From the human T2T-CHM13v2.0 reference genome, Homo sapiens, in NCBI RefSeq assembly GCF_009914755.1, contig NC_060926.1: a DNA stretch of 64,000 bases, one strand, 5' to 3'. The notes below the pieces were generated by a model. The model was not told where the DNA came from. It searched no databases and saw only the letters and a program-made list of their open reading frames with translations. The position numbers and the translations under genes were made by a program. Positions 36,021 to 64,000 of this stretch are shown here, piece by piece. Each line of letters starts with the position of its first letter. The first letter of the stretch is position 1.

Positions 36021-36129
36021 CTGGGGGTTGCTGAGCCAGCAGGGCCTCCGGATGGGGTAGACTGAATAGCAGTACTTTCCCGTCTGAGCAGGCCAGAGCC
36101 AAGAGACCCAACCGGGGCAGGAGAGGAGC
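36021..36129 (-). CDS. GTF3C2: GTF3C2 exon 10 ([36 protein letters not shown])
   Basis: 109 nt, tttag/gtgagt. Confidence 0.95.
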
Positions 36130-36339
36130 CTAAAGGGTAAAAGGTATGCTGAGGCTTGCTGCCTTCAGCTGACTCACAGAAAACCTTTGAGGTTCTAGTC
36201 CCTGAAATACTGTATGAAGTTGCTGGAAAAACTCCATCCACTACACTCCAACCTTCGTTCCTTCAACTCTAAGAATTCCCAGGGCCTCTTTGTCCTGGCT
36301 TTGAGTCCTAGGGCCATCCCACAGTTGACTGGGAAGTAC

Positions 36340-36451
36340 CTTCCGAGGGGTGCCTGGAAGTTCCCATGCTCCACTGGGGCAGAACTTGAGGTCCCAGATG
36401 CAGCCGTTGTCACAAGCAATCCCATAGACAAAGTGGGCCCTGTTGCCAGGA
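36340..36451 (-). CDS. GTF3C2: GTF3C2 exon 9 ([37 protein letters not shown])
   Basis: 112 nt, tccag/gtactt. Confidence 0.94.
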
Positions 36452-36620
36452 CTGGAGAGAGAGAGCATGTGGGGATGGTGGATAGGAAGAAGGGACGCAG
36501 GGCTGCCAGAGGTAAGCTCCCCTTGTCTCAGCCCAATCCAAGCCCTTCCCCCTATCCTGTCCAGACCCCATCCTGCTGTCCTCAACCACCCTCCCATGGC
36601 AGTGTCCAACCCCACCTCAC

Positions 36621-36848
36621 CAGCTTTCTTGCTGCAAGGTCCCAAGGCCCCAGAGCTGGAGCAGCCCAGGACCCGAATGAAGCTGGCTCAGTGGGTGTGT
36701 CTCATTCATGTCAGGGCTGGAGAAAAGAGCCACATATTGCGAGGCTCCTGCCCCCTCTGGCACTGGGCACCAGTCCAGAGCCCAGAGCGGTCCCCCCGTG
36801 AAGAAGGACACATCCCAGCGCTCTGGATGTGCTGTGATCGAGCTAAAT
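36621..36848 (-). CDS. GTF3C2: GTF3C2 exon 8 ([28 protein letters not shown]...LQQES)
   Basis: 228 nt, tctag/gtgagg. Confidence 0.95.
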
Positions 36849-37666
36849 CTAGAGAAAAATCAAAGATGGGATGAAGAAAGGAATTAATGAAAGGTAATGA
36901 GGACTGAATGGGCGCTCCACCCAGAGCCAGTATGAACTGGCTCAAGCAAGAGCCTGAATATCAAAAACAGTTTACAAGTGAGAACAGAGTCCTTGGCTTC
37001 CACTTGTATCTTCCTCCTTTCCTTCCCAAAGTCTGTCTTATATTATTATTATTTGAGATGGGGTCTGTCACCCAGGATGGAGTGCAGTGGCATGATCGAC
37101 GGTTCACTGCAGCCGTGACCTCCCAGGCTCAAGTGGTTATCCCACCTCAGCCTCTGGAGTAGCTGGGACTACAGGCATATGCCACCATACCCCACTAATT
37201 TTTAAATTCTTTGTAGAGATAGGGGTCTTGCTATGTTTCCTAGGCTGGTCTTGAACTCGTGGGCTCAAGTAATCCTCCCTTTTTGGCCTCCCAAAGTGCT
37301 GAGATTACAGGTGTGAGCCACCACACCCGGCCTCCAAAGTCTGTCTAACTCCAGCTCATCTTCAGGGCTGTTCATTCTGGCATACTATAGTAGTCTCCCT
37401 AAGGCTAGTCTGTCCAGGTCTATCTGAGTAGATGTAACCTTGTGAACTGCTTTGGCCCCTAAATCTCTCTAGCTTCCCTCAGCCTGCCAGTAATGAACAC
37501 TACAAATCAGAGAGGACTGACCAGCTCTAGTCAGCACTCTTATTCTTGGGACCAACTGAACCAGCATCAGGGGAAGGACAGGACTTATCTGTCATCTCTT
37601 TCAACATTCATTTTTCTTGTTTCTGGCTCCTAGAATCAGAAAAAAGGGCGGATGTGCAATCTTCAC

Positions 37667-37765
37667 CTGTTTATTCGGTAGAGGGTGCCATCTTCAGGTA
37701 GCCCTTCACGTTGTACAGAAAACAATGGAGACTTCTCCTCCTGGGGCAGGTAGGGAGCGGCCTCA
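37667..37765 (-). CDS. GTF3C2: GTF3C2 exon 7 ([32 protein letters not shown])
   Basis: 99 nt, cccag/gtgaag. Confidence 0.94.
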
Positions 37766-37903
37766 CTGGGGGAAGACAAAGGGAACAGTCTAAATTTGGA
37801 AGTGTTTCACCCATCTCAGGGTTCCCATTATAGAGCCTCTGTCACCCTTTCGTCTCCAGTGGTGTCACCCTTCCTAAGCTACAGAGATGTTGCTTCAACT
37901 TAC

Positions 37904-37981
37904 AGCTCAGATAACAAGTGCCACTTCCAGGCTAAAGGAATCCACTCAGCAAACTCCCAGTATGAATGTTTCTGCTCTCGG
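37904..37981 (-). CDS. GTF3C2: GTF3C2 exon 6 ([25 protein letters not shown])
   Basis: 78 nt, tccag/gtaagt. Confidence 0.94.
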
Positions 37982-38023
37982 CTGGAGAAACAGAAGAAGC
38001 ATTAATGAAGGAGAGGGATTCTA

Positions 38024-38182
38024 CAGCCGCACAGTCCAATAAAACTTTCTGTGGGGATGGAAATGATCCATTATCTGTGCTCCCCAATATGCCAGTTGCT
38101 AGCTCCAATTAGCTACCAAGCACCTAAAATGTGGCTAGCGCAGCTGAGAAACAGAGCCTTTCATTTTATTTCACTTTAATTA
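38024..38182. mobile_element. MER3-like hAT-Charlie DNA transposon remnant in GTF3C2 intron 5
   Basis: gtccaataaaactttctgtggggatggaaatg...tccccaatatg...aaatgtggctag matches MER3 as I recall it. Confidence 0.6.
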
Positions 38183-38348
38183 AAGAGTTCTAGAGCTCTT
38201 GCCTCTAGAGCAGTGCTTTTTAGTAATGAATGTCATCACGGTATTCCACCCATGAGTGCTTCTCTTTCCCACGGCCCCACTTCAATACCGCCCTTGCACT
38301 CCTCTACCACCCCTTTATTAACCCCAGCCCCCTGTCCCCAAGTCTCAC

Positions 38349-38443
38349 AAGTCCTTGGTGAGATGGAGGCACTTCCAAACAGGAGCCATGATATGATTTG
38401 GTAAGCCATTGGGAGCCATTCCTCGGCAGTGTGGTTTCTGTTT
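38349..38443 (-). CDS. GTF3C2: GTF3C2 exon 5 ([31 protein letters not shown])
   Basis: 95 nt, ctcag/gtgaga. Confidence 0.94.
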
Positions 38444-38923
38444 CTGAGGATCAAATTGAAGAAAATATAAGGGAGCAAATTCTACAGGTTGGACAAAGTC
38501 CCAGAGACAGCTCTTTCCCAGTTTTTATCTTCTTTGGCAATACCTCCCCCTCCAATCACTGCCCTATCAGCATCTTAAAAGATTTGTGTTTCAACCACTA
38601 TAATGACTTCTTCACCTTCTGCTCTACTCCTCCATCGAAAATGCAAAATCTGTTACCTATTTTCTGTTCAGCTTCCTCAACATCTCCATGGTATTTGATT
38701 CACAGGATTCCCTTATGCCTCTTTGAAACTCCCGCCCTATGGAATAGTCTCCCTTACTCCTCTCCCCTCTCTTAATATTCCTTCACAGGTTCTCCCTTCT
38801 TGACAGGTCTCCTCGATGATGGTATTCCCCAGAGTTCCTGTCGTCTTCTCGCCCCTCTACACAGGCGCGCACACACACACACACACACTCCTGGTAATCT
38901 CATCTCATGTCCCATGGCTTTGA

Positions 38924-42082
<3,159 letters not shown>

Positions 42083-42351
42083 TGAGGCAGGATACACTGT
42101 CTTATTTACGTTTGTTGTGTTTCCTAACAGAGAACAGATACTCAATATATGAATGAATAATCTTGTTTACCATACCCCTTCTTCTGCGCTCTCCCTAATA
42201 TGCCAAATGTTTTGGAAATGGACCCTTTTTTCTTTAACCTGTTTTGTCTATTATAGTTACCAGGTCAAAGCTGTCCTTCCTTTCTCAGTACCTTGCTGGT
42301 CCCCTAAAATCCTACTATGTCCCCATTCACTTTCTTGTCCATTGAGGTTAC

Positions 42352-42637
42352 CCCTGAAGTAGATCCTCGTGGGGTGCTTCGGGGCACTACAGGCTCAGGT
42401 TCAGATGAGCTCTCACTTGGGCCCTCACTTTCTTCCACATCTTCAGCCTCAACCTGGAGAAAAAAGTCTTCATCCCGTGGAGCACCATCCACCTCTTCTC
42501 CACCTGGACAGGCTGCTGGCTGCCGGATCTTCTTCGGTTTGGTGGGGCTGCTCACCTTGGGGCCCTCAGGACAGGACACAGGGGCAGGCAGGGCTGTTGA
42601 GAGCTCTTCAGCCAGTTCCTGAAGATACAGAAGTGCC
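42352..42637 (-). CDS. GTF3C2: GTF3C2 exon 4 ([13 protein letters not shown]...PRGSTSG), acidic low-complexity region
   Basis: 286 nt, cacag/gtaacc. Confidence 0.95.
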
Positions 42638-43229
42638 CTGTGGGAACGGACAGAGTCAGAGCCATTCTCACATATGACTGAGAACCCACGTTTCCAGACA
42701 TGGTTGATTTTTATCTCAATGGAGCCTCCCAATAACCCCATGATTAACCAATTAACTCTATTAATTTCCCCTTCCCCCTTGGAAGATGAAAAACCAGAAA
42801 TCTAAGTTATGTGACTTGGCCGAGATGACTGAGATAACAAATGTGGAATCTGAACCCAGGTCTTCTCACTCCAAGTTCAATACATTTTTCATCCTACCAC
42901 AGTCAAAGAACACAGAGGGCAAGAGAAAGAATGGAACAGAATATATATACTGACATATACTGGACAGTAAAACAATAAAGAGCTGGGTAAAGTTTGTGAA
43001 AAATGGCATAGGACATAAAGTACAGACAATAATTCTTAGATAAACCAAGTTAGCAATACATACCATTAATAGTGCTGCGGTAAGAGCCTAAAGGACTGCT
43101 CAAGTCCCTAGAATCCAGACACCACCCCTGCTTACCTAATACCTCATCAGTCTTCTCTCTCCAACATCTGCCCCACCCTGATCCCTTCACCCAACCCCCC
43201 TCCACCAAGCTATGCCCCACAATCCTTAC

Positions 43230-43551
43230 ACTTGGGCAGCCCTTCGGCGGGGTCGTTCCCCAGAAGGGGTCTCAAAGTCCTCAGGGGGCCTCTTTGGAGA
43301 TTGAGATTCTGGCCGATCTAGGTCTTTTGACAACTTCAGCAGCAGCAGCTCTGCCTTGGACTTTCGACCTCGTTTCTTAGGCATGGGGGTGGACAGAGGG
43401 TTGGATTGATCTAAGAGACCAGGAACCAGTGGGGCTGATGGAGGATTAGGCTGTTGGGGCCTTTTGGGGCCTTTTCGTGTCCTACCACCTCTCTTCCGGC
43501 CAGGCTTTGAGGCCCTAGGCTTTGAGACCTTTGACATCTCTGAAGAAAGAT
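43230..43551 (-). CDS. GTF3C2: GTF3C2 exon 3, basic AT-hook-like/NLS motifs ([26 protein letters not shown])
   Basis: 322 nt, cacag/gtaagg. Confidence 0.95.
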
Positions 43552-43711
43552 CTGTGGAGAAGAATATGGGTCTGTGAGATGGGACCAGAACTCAAACCTC
43601 TATGGAAAAGATTACACTGTACCCAGGTTTGTAAGATCCTATGAGCTCAATCTGCTCTTTCATCTTAAGCTTGGCATGGGGAATAAAAAGATAAGAGGAC
43701 AAGGTACATAC

Positions 43712-43958
43712 CTGGCTGTTCCAGTCTGGAGAGGCTTTCCTGCTCTGGAGGGAGCCTCCTCTGATCAGGAGAATCCTCAAATCCAGGCAAAGGGGTAGGT
43801 AATGACATCTCTACGGAAGCCTCTGCACTGGTCATTTCTGAAGAGGTCTTGACATCAAGCTGATTTAGCACCTCTTGTCCAGGAGAGTCTACCACAGTCA
43901 TGTTCCCCACGGGGCCGGCCTCCCCCAGGGCAACATAGCCGACCCCGCAGGTATCCAT
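43712..43958 (-). CDS. GTF3C2: GTF3C2 exon 2 coding part ([19 protein letters not shown]...RLEQP)
   Basis: ATG at 43956-43958, exon begins at 43982, gtatgt donor; 247 nt. Confidence 0.95.
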
Positions 43959-44164
43959 CAGCACCCCCCAAAATGGCTGCCCCTGCATACAGAGACACAC
44001 AAATGAGTAGAGGACAAAAACTATTTGTACTAGCTCAGATTTTTATTTCCCCATCTTTTCTCCCTCATTCTCACACTCATAACCAAGTTCCCTGATTATT
44101 CACTTATTCAACAATATTTACTAAGCACCTTCTATATGTCAGGACTGTTCTGGAAACTGGTAAT

Positions 44165-55989
<11,825 letters not shown>

Positions 55990-56579
55990 TCAGTAAATTC
56001 GTACTGAGTTTCTAAAACCTTCCATTGCACCCCAATCTGTCTGGTTCCCATGCTGCTCCAGGATGCCAGCTTGACCTCCCCAGCCAAGAAAAAATAATGA
56101 CACAACACTGCACCTTAAGTATGAAATTACTTTGAATACACTGCTTAGCTTAATATATTGTTTCCTAAAGTGTTCCTAGGGTACAACTGGCGGTATGCAA
56201 GATGATTTTAATGGTACGAAAACGAACATTTTAATGACTAGTGCTTTTATTTCAACTTACATAAACAATTATAAGTAGCCCATGAAACCCACGGTTTCAT
56301 TTATATTGCTTAGGTCGAGACTAATGCATTTAAACTTTTTAAGTAAGTCAATTTAAAGAGAACTATTCAGAAAACAATAGTACAATTGATAAGAGATTGC
56401 AAAAATAGTGATGGCACGGGATTGACTTAAAATTGTATATGCCTCTGGAACAAAGAGGTTTGTCCATACCCTATACATCCCTCCAACAAAGTGAGTTGCC
56501 TCCGACGGAGTTGAAGTCGCCACCTCTGACTTCCCCAACAGGCAGCCAACTTGCCACGGGACAAAAGGACTAGACAGGG

Positions 56580-57700
56580 AAACACAACTGGCCCTTGGTT
56601 ACGCCAATGGCGTTGCAGCGCGCGGGGCACAACCCTCGGGGTTAAAGAGCCTCCTCGAGGAAGAGGCTGGGACACAGCTGAAAGAGATTGACCCACAACC
56701 ACTCTAGGGGCCATCACCTGCCCTTCTTCAGTCCTGGGCGTGAAGGCAGATTTCTCCCCTAGCCTGTGCGGGAGAGGAGCCCTGGTTTTTCTAACAAGGA
56801 CTACTGTAGGTTCGCCGAGTTCGAGGGACGCTACGTATGCAGCGCCTACGCCCGGACACAGGCTTCCGCGTTACCGACACCGCGTGGGGGAGGAGGGCAA
56901 GACCCGAGGCTTGCAGAGATGGGGGGTGCACGGTGGCCACAGTAGGGAAGGTGCGGAGCATGATGGTGCTCTGTAGGAGCGCAGACGCTGAAAGGCGCGC
57001 TGCTGTGGCTGGGAGAAGAGCGGAGCCAGGAGTTTGTTCCCAATATCTTAGTGCTATGGCAAAAGAAGGGGGAGGAGTAATTGTGGGGCCCCCCACACAC
57101 CCGCTGCGGCGATACACTCACCCTCGCCAAAGTCCTTCCGGAAGTCTAAGTTCGAAGATGGCGCCGCCTGTCTGGTCGCGGTCTTATGACGAAATCTTGT
57201 TAGCTGCTCTTCACTGACGCCCCCACCCCAGTGCACAAGGTAAACACGTGTGCTTGGTCCGGAGTCGGTGCCGGGCTAGTTTTCTCTTAGACTCTGTATT
57301 CCATAATGCAGCGCGGCCAGAGTCACCGAGCCCTCCGAAGCCAGCCGAGTTCCAGGGCGTCTTCAGCGGCGCCAGGGACGCTGCAGGGCCTCATGGGAGT
57401 TGCAGTGTCAAAAAGGGGAGATCGACGCCTGCGCGGCCAACGGGATCCCACGCGGCCTCGACGGGAGCCGGGAGTAGGCGGACTCCCAGGCCGGGCTCGC
57501 GCTCTGGATCCCTGAATCCGGCCTTTCCGGCCGGACTGCCGCGCCTGTGGCCGGAAGAGCCAGCTAGACCAGAGAGTCTGTACCTGCAACCCTGGCGGCG
57601 TCCGAGCCCAAGGCGGAGTCTGGGAGACAAAGAAGTCCTCGCCGCCGGCCGCTGGAGGATTCTGCCAGTAGTGAAGTCAGGGATGGGCCCGAGAGAGCTT
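56580..57700. promoter_or_regulatory. GTF3C2 CpG-island promoter: palindromic ETS pair CTTCCGGAAG (57135-57144), YY1 AAGATGGCG (57155-57163), E-box CACGTG (57245-57250), ZNF143/THAP11-type ACTGCAACTCCCATGAGGC (- strand, 57388-57406)
   Basis: Dense CpG; motifs read directly and typical of bidirectional housekeeping promoters. Confidence 0.8.
57122..57150 (-). other. GTF3C2: GTF3C2 non-coding exon 1 (TSS approximate)
   Basis: gtgagt donor (actcac 57116-57121) within the CpG island. Confidence 0.75.
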
Positions 57701-57764
57701 GGAAAGAGGACAAGGAAGGGAAGGAGTAGGAGTAGAAAAGCATGACTTTGGCTGGGTATGGTAG

Positions 57765-58106
<342 letters not shown>

Positions 58107-59098
58107 TGATACGCCTGCCTCAGCCTCCCAAAGTGCTGGGATTACAGGCATGAGCCACCGCGCCCGGCCTAATTTTTTAATTTTTTCTAGAGATGGGGTC
58201 TCGTTATGTTGACCAGGCTGGTCTTGAACACCTGACCTGAAGTGATCCTCTTGCCTCAGCCTCCCATAGTGCTGCGATCACAGGTGTAAGTCACTGAGTT
58301 TGGCCATTATTCCATTTCTGTACACAAAAACCTTTCTCATTCTGTGCTATAACTAGTTAGCATTTAATTGGGTGGATGTGGTATAACTAGTGCCTTGTTG
58401 ATATTGATGCATATTTACATGGTTTTGCTGTTATAAACAATGGTCCCTTGCTATTATAAATCACACTGCTATAAGTAACCTTGCATCTAAATTACTTCAA
58501 ATGTGTAACTATATGGGTAGGATAATTTCTAGAAGTGGAATTGTGAACCAAAGTTTTAGGTGCATTTGTAATTTTGATTTATAACCAATCTTTTCACTGA
58601 TCTACTTCTCTGCCTCTAATTTCTACTAGGTGTTTGTTTGTTTGTTTGTTTGTTTGTTTTGAGACAGGGTCTTGCTCTGTCACCCAGGCTGGAGGACAGT
58701 GGTGCAATCACGGCTCACTGCAGCCTCAACCTGCCACCTCAGCCTCCTGAATAGTTGGGGTGTGTGGCAGGTGTATACCACCACTTCCAGGTTTTTTTGT
58801 TGTTGTTGTTTAATAGAGATGAGGTCTTGCTATATTGCCCAGGCAGGTCTCACACTACTGAGCGCAAGCGATCCTCCTGCCTATGCCTCCCAAAGTGCTG
58901 GGATTACAGGTGTGAGTTGCCATGCCTGGCCCGGTTATCTTTCTAAAGCATAAAGCAACCCTGTTGATCCTCTGCTTAATTTTGATGATTAAGTAGTATG
59001 TTCAAAATATAGAAATCCATGTATTGATAATGATCTTTTAAAAAAAGTAAAAGCCAAAATATCAGCTACTCATCCTACACCATTGAAAGTAGTGACCA

Positions 59099-60736
59099 TT
59101 AAACTGCTCTACCTCTACCTCCACCTCTCTACCTCTCTACCTCTCTACCTCTCTACCTCTCTACCTCTCTACCTCTCTACCTCTACCTCTACCCACGGTC
59201 TCCCTCTCTTTCCATGGTCTCCCTCTCATGTGGAGCCGAAGCTGGACTGTACTGCTGCCATCTCGGCTCACTGCAACCTCCCTGCCTGATTCTCCTGCCT
59301 CAGCCTGCCGAGTGCCTGCGATTGCAGGCACGCGCTGCCACGCCTGACTGGTTTTGGTGGAGACGGGGTTTCGCTGTGTTGGCCGGGCCGGTCTCCAGCC
59401 CCTAACCGCGAGTGATCCGCCAGCCTCGGCCTCCCGAGGTGCCGGGATTGCAGACGGAGTCTCGTTCACTCAGTGCTCAATGGTGCCCAGGCTGGAGTGC
59501 AGTGGCGTGATCTCGGCTCGCTACAACCTACACCTCCCAGCCGCCTGCCTTGGCCTCCCAAAGTGCCGAGATTGCAGCCTCTGCCCGGCCGCCACCCCGT
59601 CTGGGAAGTGAGGAGTGTCTCTGCCTGGCCGCCCATCGTCTGGGATGTGAGGAGCCCCTCTGCCTGGCTGCCCAGTCTGGAAAGTGAGGAGCGTCTCCGC
59701 CCGGCCGCCATCCCATCTAGGAAGTGAGGAGTGCCTCTTCCCAGCCGCCATCACATCTAGGAAGTGAGGAGCGTCTCTGCCCGGCCGCCCATCGTCTGAG
59801 ATGTGGGGAGCGCCTCTGCCCCGCCGCCCCATCTGGGATGTGAGGAGCGCCTCTGCCCGGCCGCGACCCCGTCTGGGAGGTGAGGAGCGTCTCTGCCCGG
59901 CCGCCCCGTCTGAGAAGTGAGGAGCCACCCCATCTGGGAAGTGAGGAGCATCTCCGCCCGGCAGCCACCCCGTCCGGGAGGGAGGTGGGGGGTCAGCCCC
60001 CCGCCCGGCCAGCCGCCCCGTCCGGGAGGGAGGTGGGGGGGTCAGCCCCCTGCCCGGCCAGCCGCCCCGTCCGGGAGGTGAGGGGCGCCTCTGCCCGGCC
60101 GCCCCTACTGGGAAGTGAGGAGCCCCTCTGCCCGGCCACCACCCCGTCTGGGAGGTGTGCCCAACAGCTCATTGAGAACGGGCCAGGATGACAATGGCGG
60201 CTTTGTGGAATAGAAAGGCGGGAAAGGTGGGGAAAAGATTGAGAAATCGGATGGTTGCCGTGTCTCTGTAGAAAGAAGTAGACATGGGAGACTTTTCATT
60301 TTGTTCTGCACTAAGAAAAATTCTTCTGCCTTGGGATCCTGTTGATCTGTGACCTTACCCCCAACCCTGTGCTCTCTGAAACATGTGCTGTGTCCACTCA
60401 GGGTTAAATGGATTAAGGGCGGTGCAAGATGTGCTTTGTTAAACAGATGCTTGAAGGCAGCATGCTCGTTAAGAGTCATCACCAATCCCTAATCTCAAGT
60501 AATCAGGGACACAAACACTGCGGAAGGCCGCAGGGTCCTCTGCCTAGGAAAACCAGAGACCTTTGTTCACTTGTTTATCTGCTGACCTTCCCTCCACTGT
60601 TGTCCCATGACCCTGCCAAATCCCCCTCTGTGAGAAACACCCAAGAATTATCAATAAAAAAATAAATTAAAAAATAAAAAAATAAAAAAAAAAACTCATT
60701 AAACTCTAAAAAAAAAAAAAAAAAGAAAGAAAAAAA
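59099..60736 (+). mobile_element. Full-length SVA retrotransposon, SVA_E-like (subfamily call moderate)
   Basis: Hexamer-like head 59107-59192, antisense Alu-like region, GC-rich VNTR (about 59570-60160), SINE-R, AATAAA and A tail; 14-bp TSD GAAAGTAGTGACCA at 59085-59098 and 60737-60750. Confidence 0.95.
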
Positions 60737-60835
60737 GAAAGTAGTGACCAATTCCTGAAAATTGGCAAAAAAAAAAAAAAGGCAAGAGTAAGGCATTTAT
60801 CTTGTCTTTCCAGTATGAGCTCTAGTTCAAAATAA

Positions 60836-64000
<3,165 letters not shown>

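Noticed and set aside
36214-36801. 195-aa ATG-initiated ORF antisense to GTF3C2 exons 8-9
   Set aside because: No recognisable homology and partly a shadow of the coding strand; an antisense RNA may exist here but the sequence alone does not support coding.
59161-60665. ORFs within the SVA
   Set aside because: They arise from VNTR and SINE-R sequence; SVA is non-autonomous and non-coding.

Overview
Human (primate) genomic DNA, recognisable as the TRIM54-UCN-MPV17-GTF3C2 cluster on chromosome 2p23.3. I reconstructed the exons by hand from GT/AG boundaries and reading-frame continuity. The window holds the last five coding exons and 3'UTR exon of TRIM54 (MuRF3, + strand), the complete UCN gene (124-aa prepro-urocortin, - strand, TATA box and perfect CRE), the complete MPV17 gene (531-nt CDS, 176 aa, - strand) and the complete GTF3C2 gene (2736-nt CDS, 911 aa, - strand) with its CpG-island promoter. 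The rest is very Alu-dense, with a nested MER41A solo LTR, a full-length SVA (E-like) and old MIR/L2/CR1/MER fragments. Almost all ORFs in the supplied track are Alu, SVA or GC-rich artefacts. I see no convincing new protein-coding gene. The best leads are: an in-frame MPV17 exon 7 to UCN exon 2 read-through splice; a shared bidirectional poly(A) element between convergent TRIM54 and UCN; a 26-bp tandem duplication of the TRIM54 stop codon plus splice donor; an SVA that seems to carry its source element's TSD at both ends and a non-canonical hexamer head; and several template-switch hairpins. All functional claims are untested inferences.
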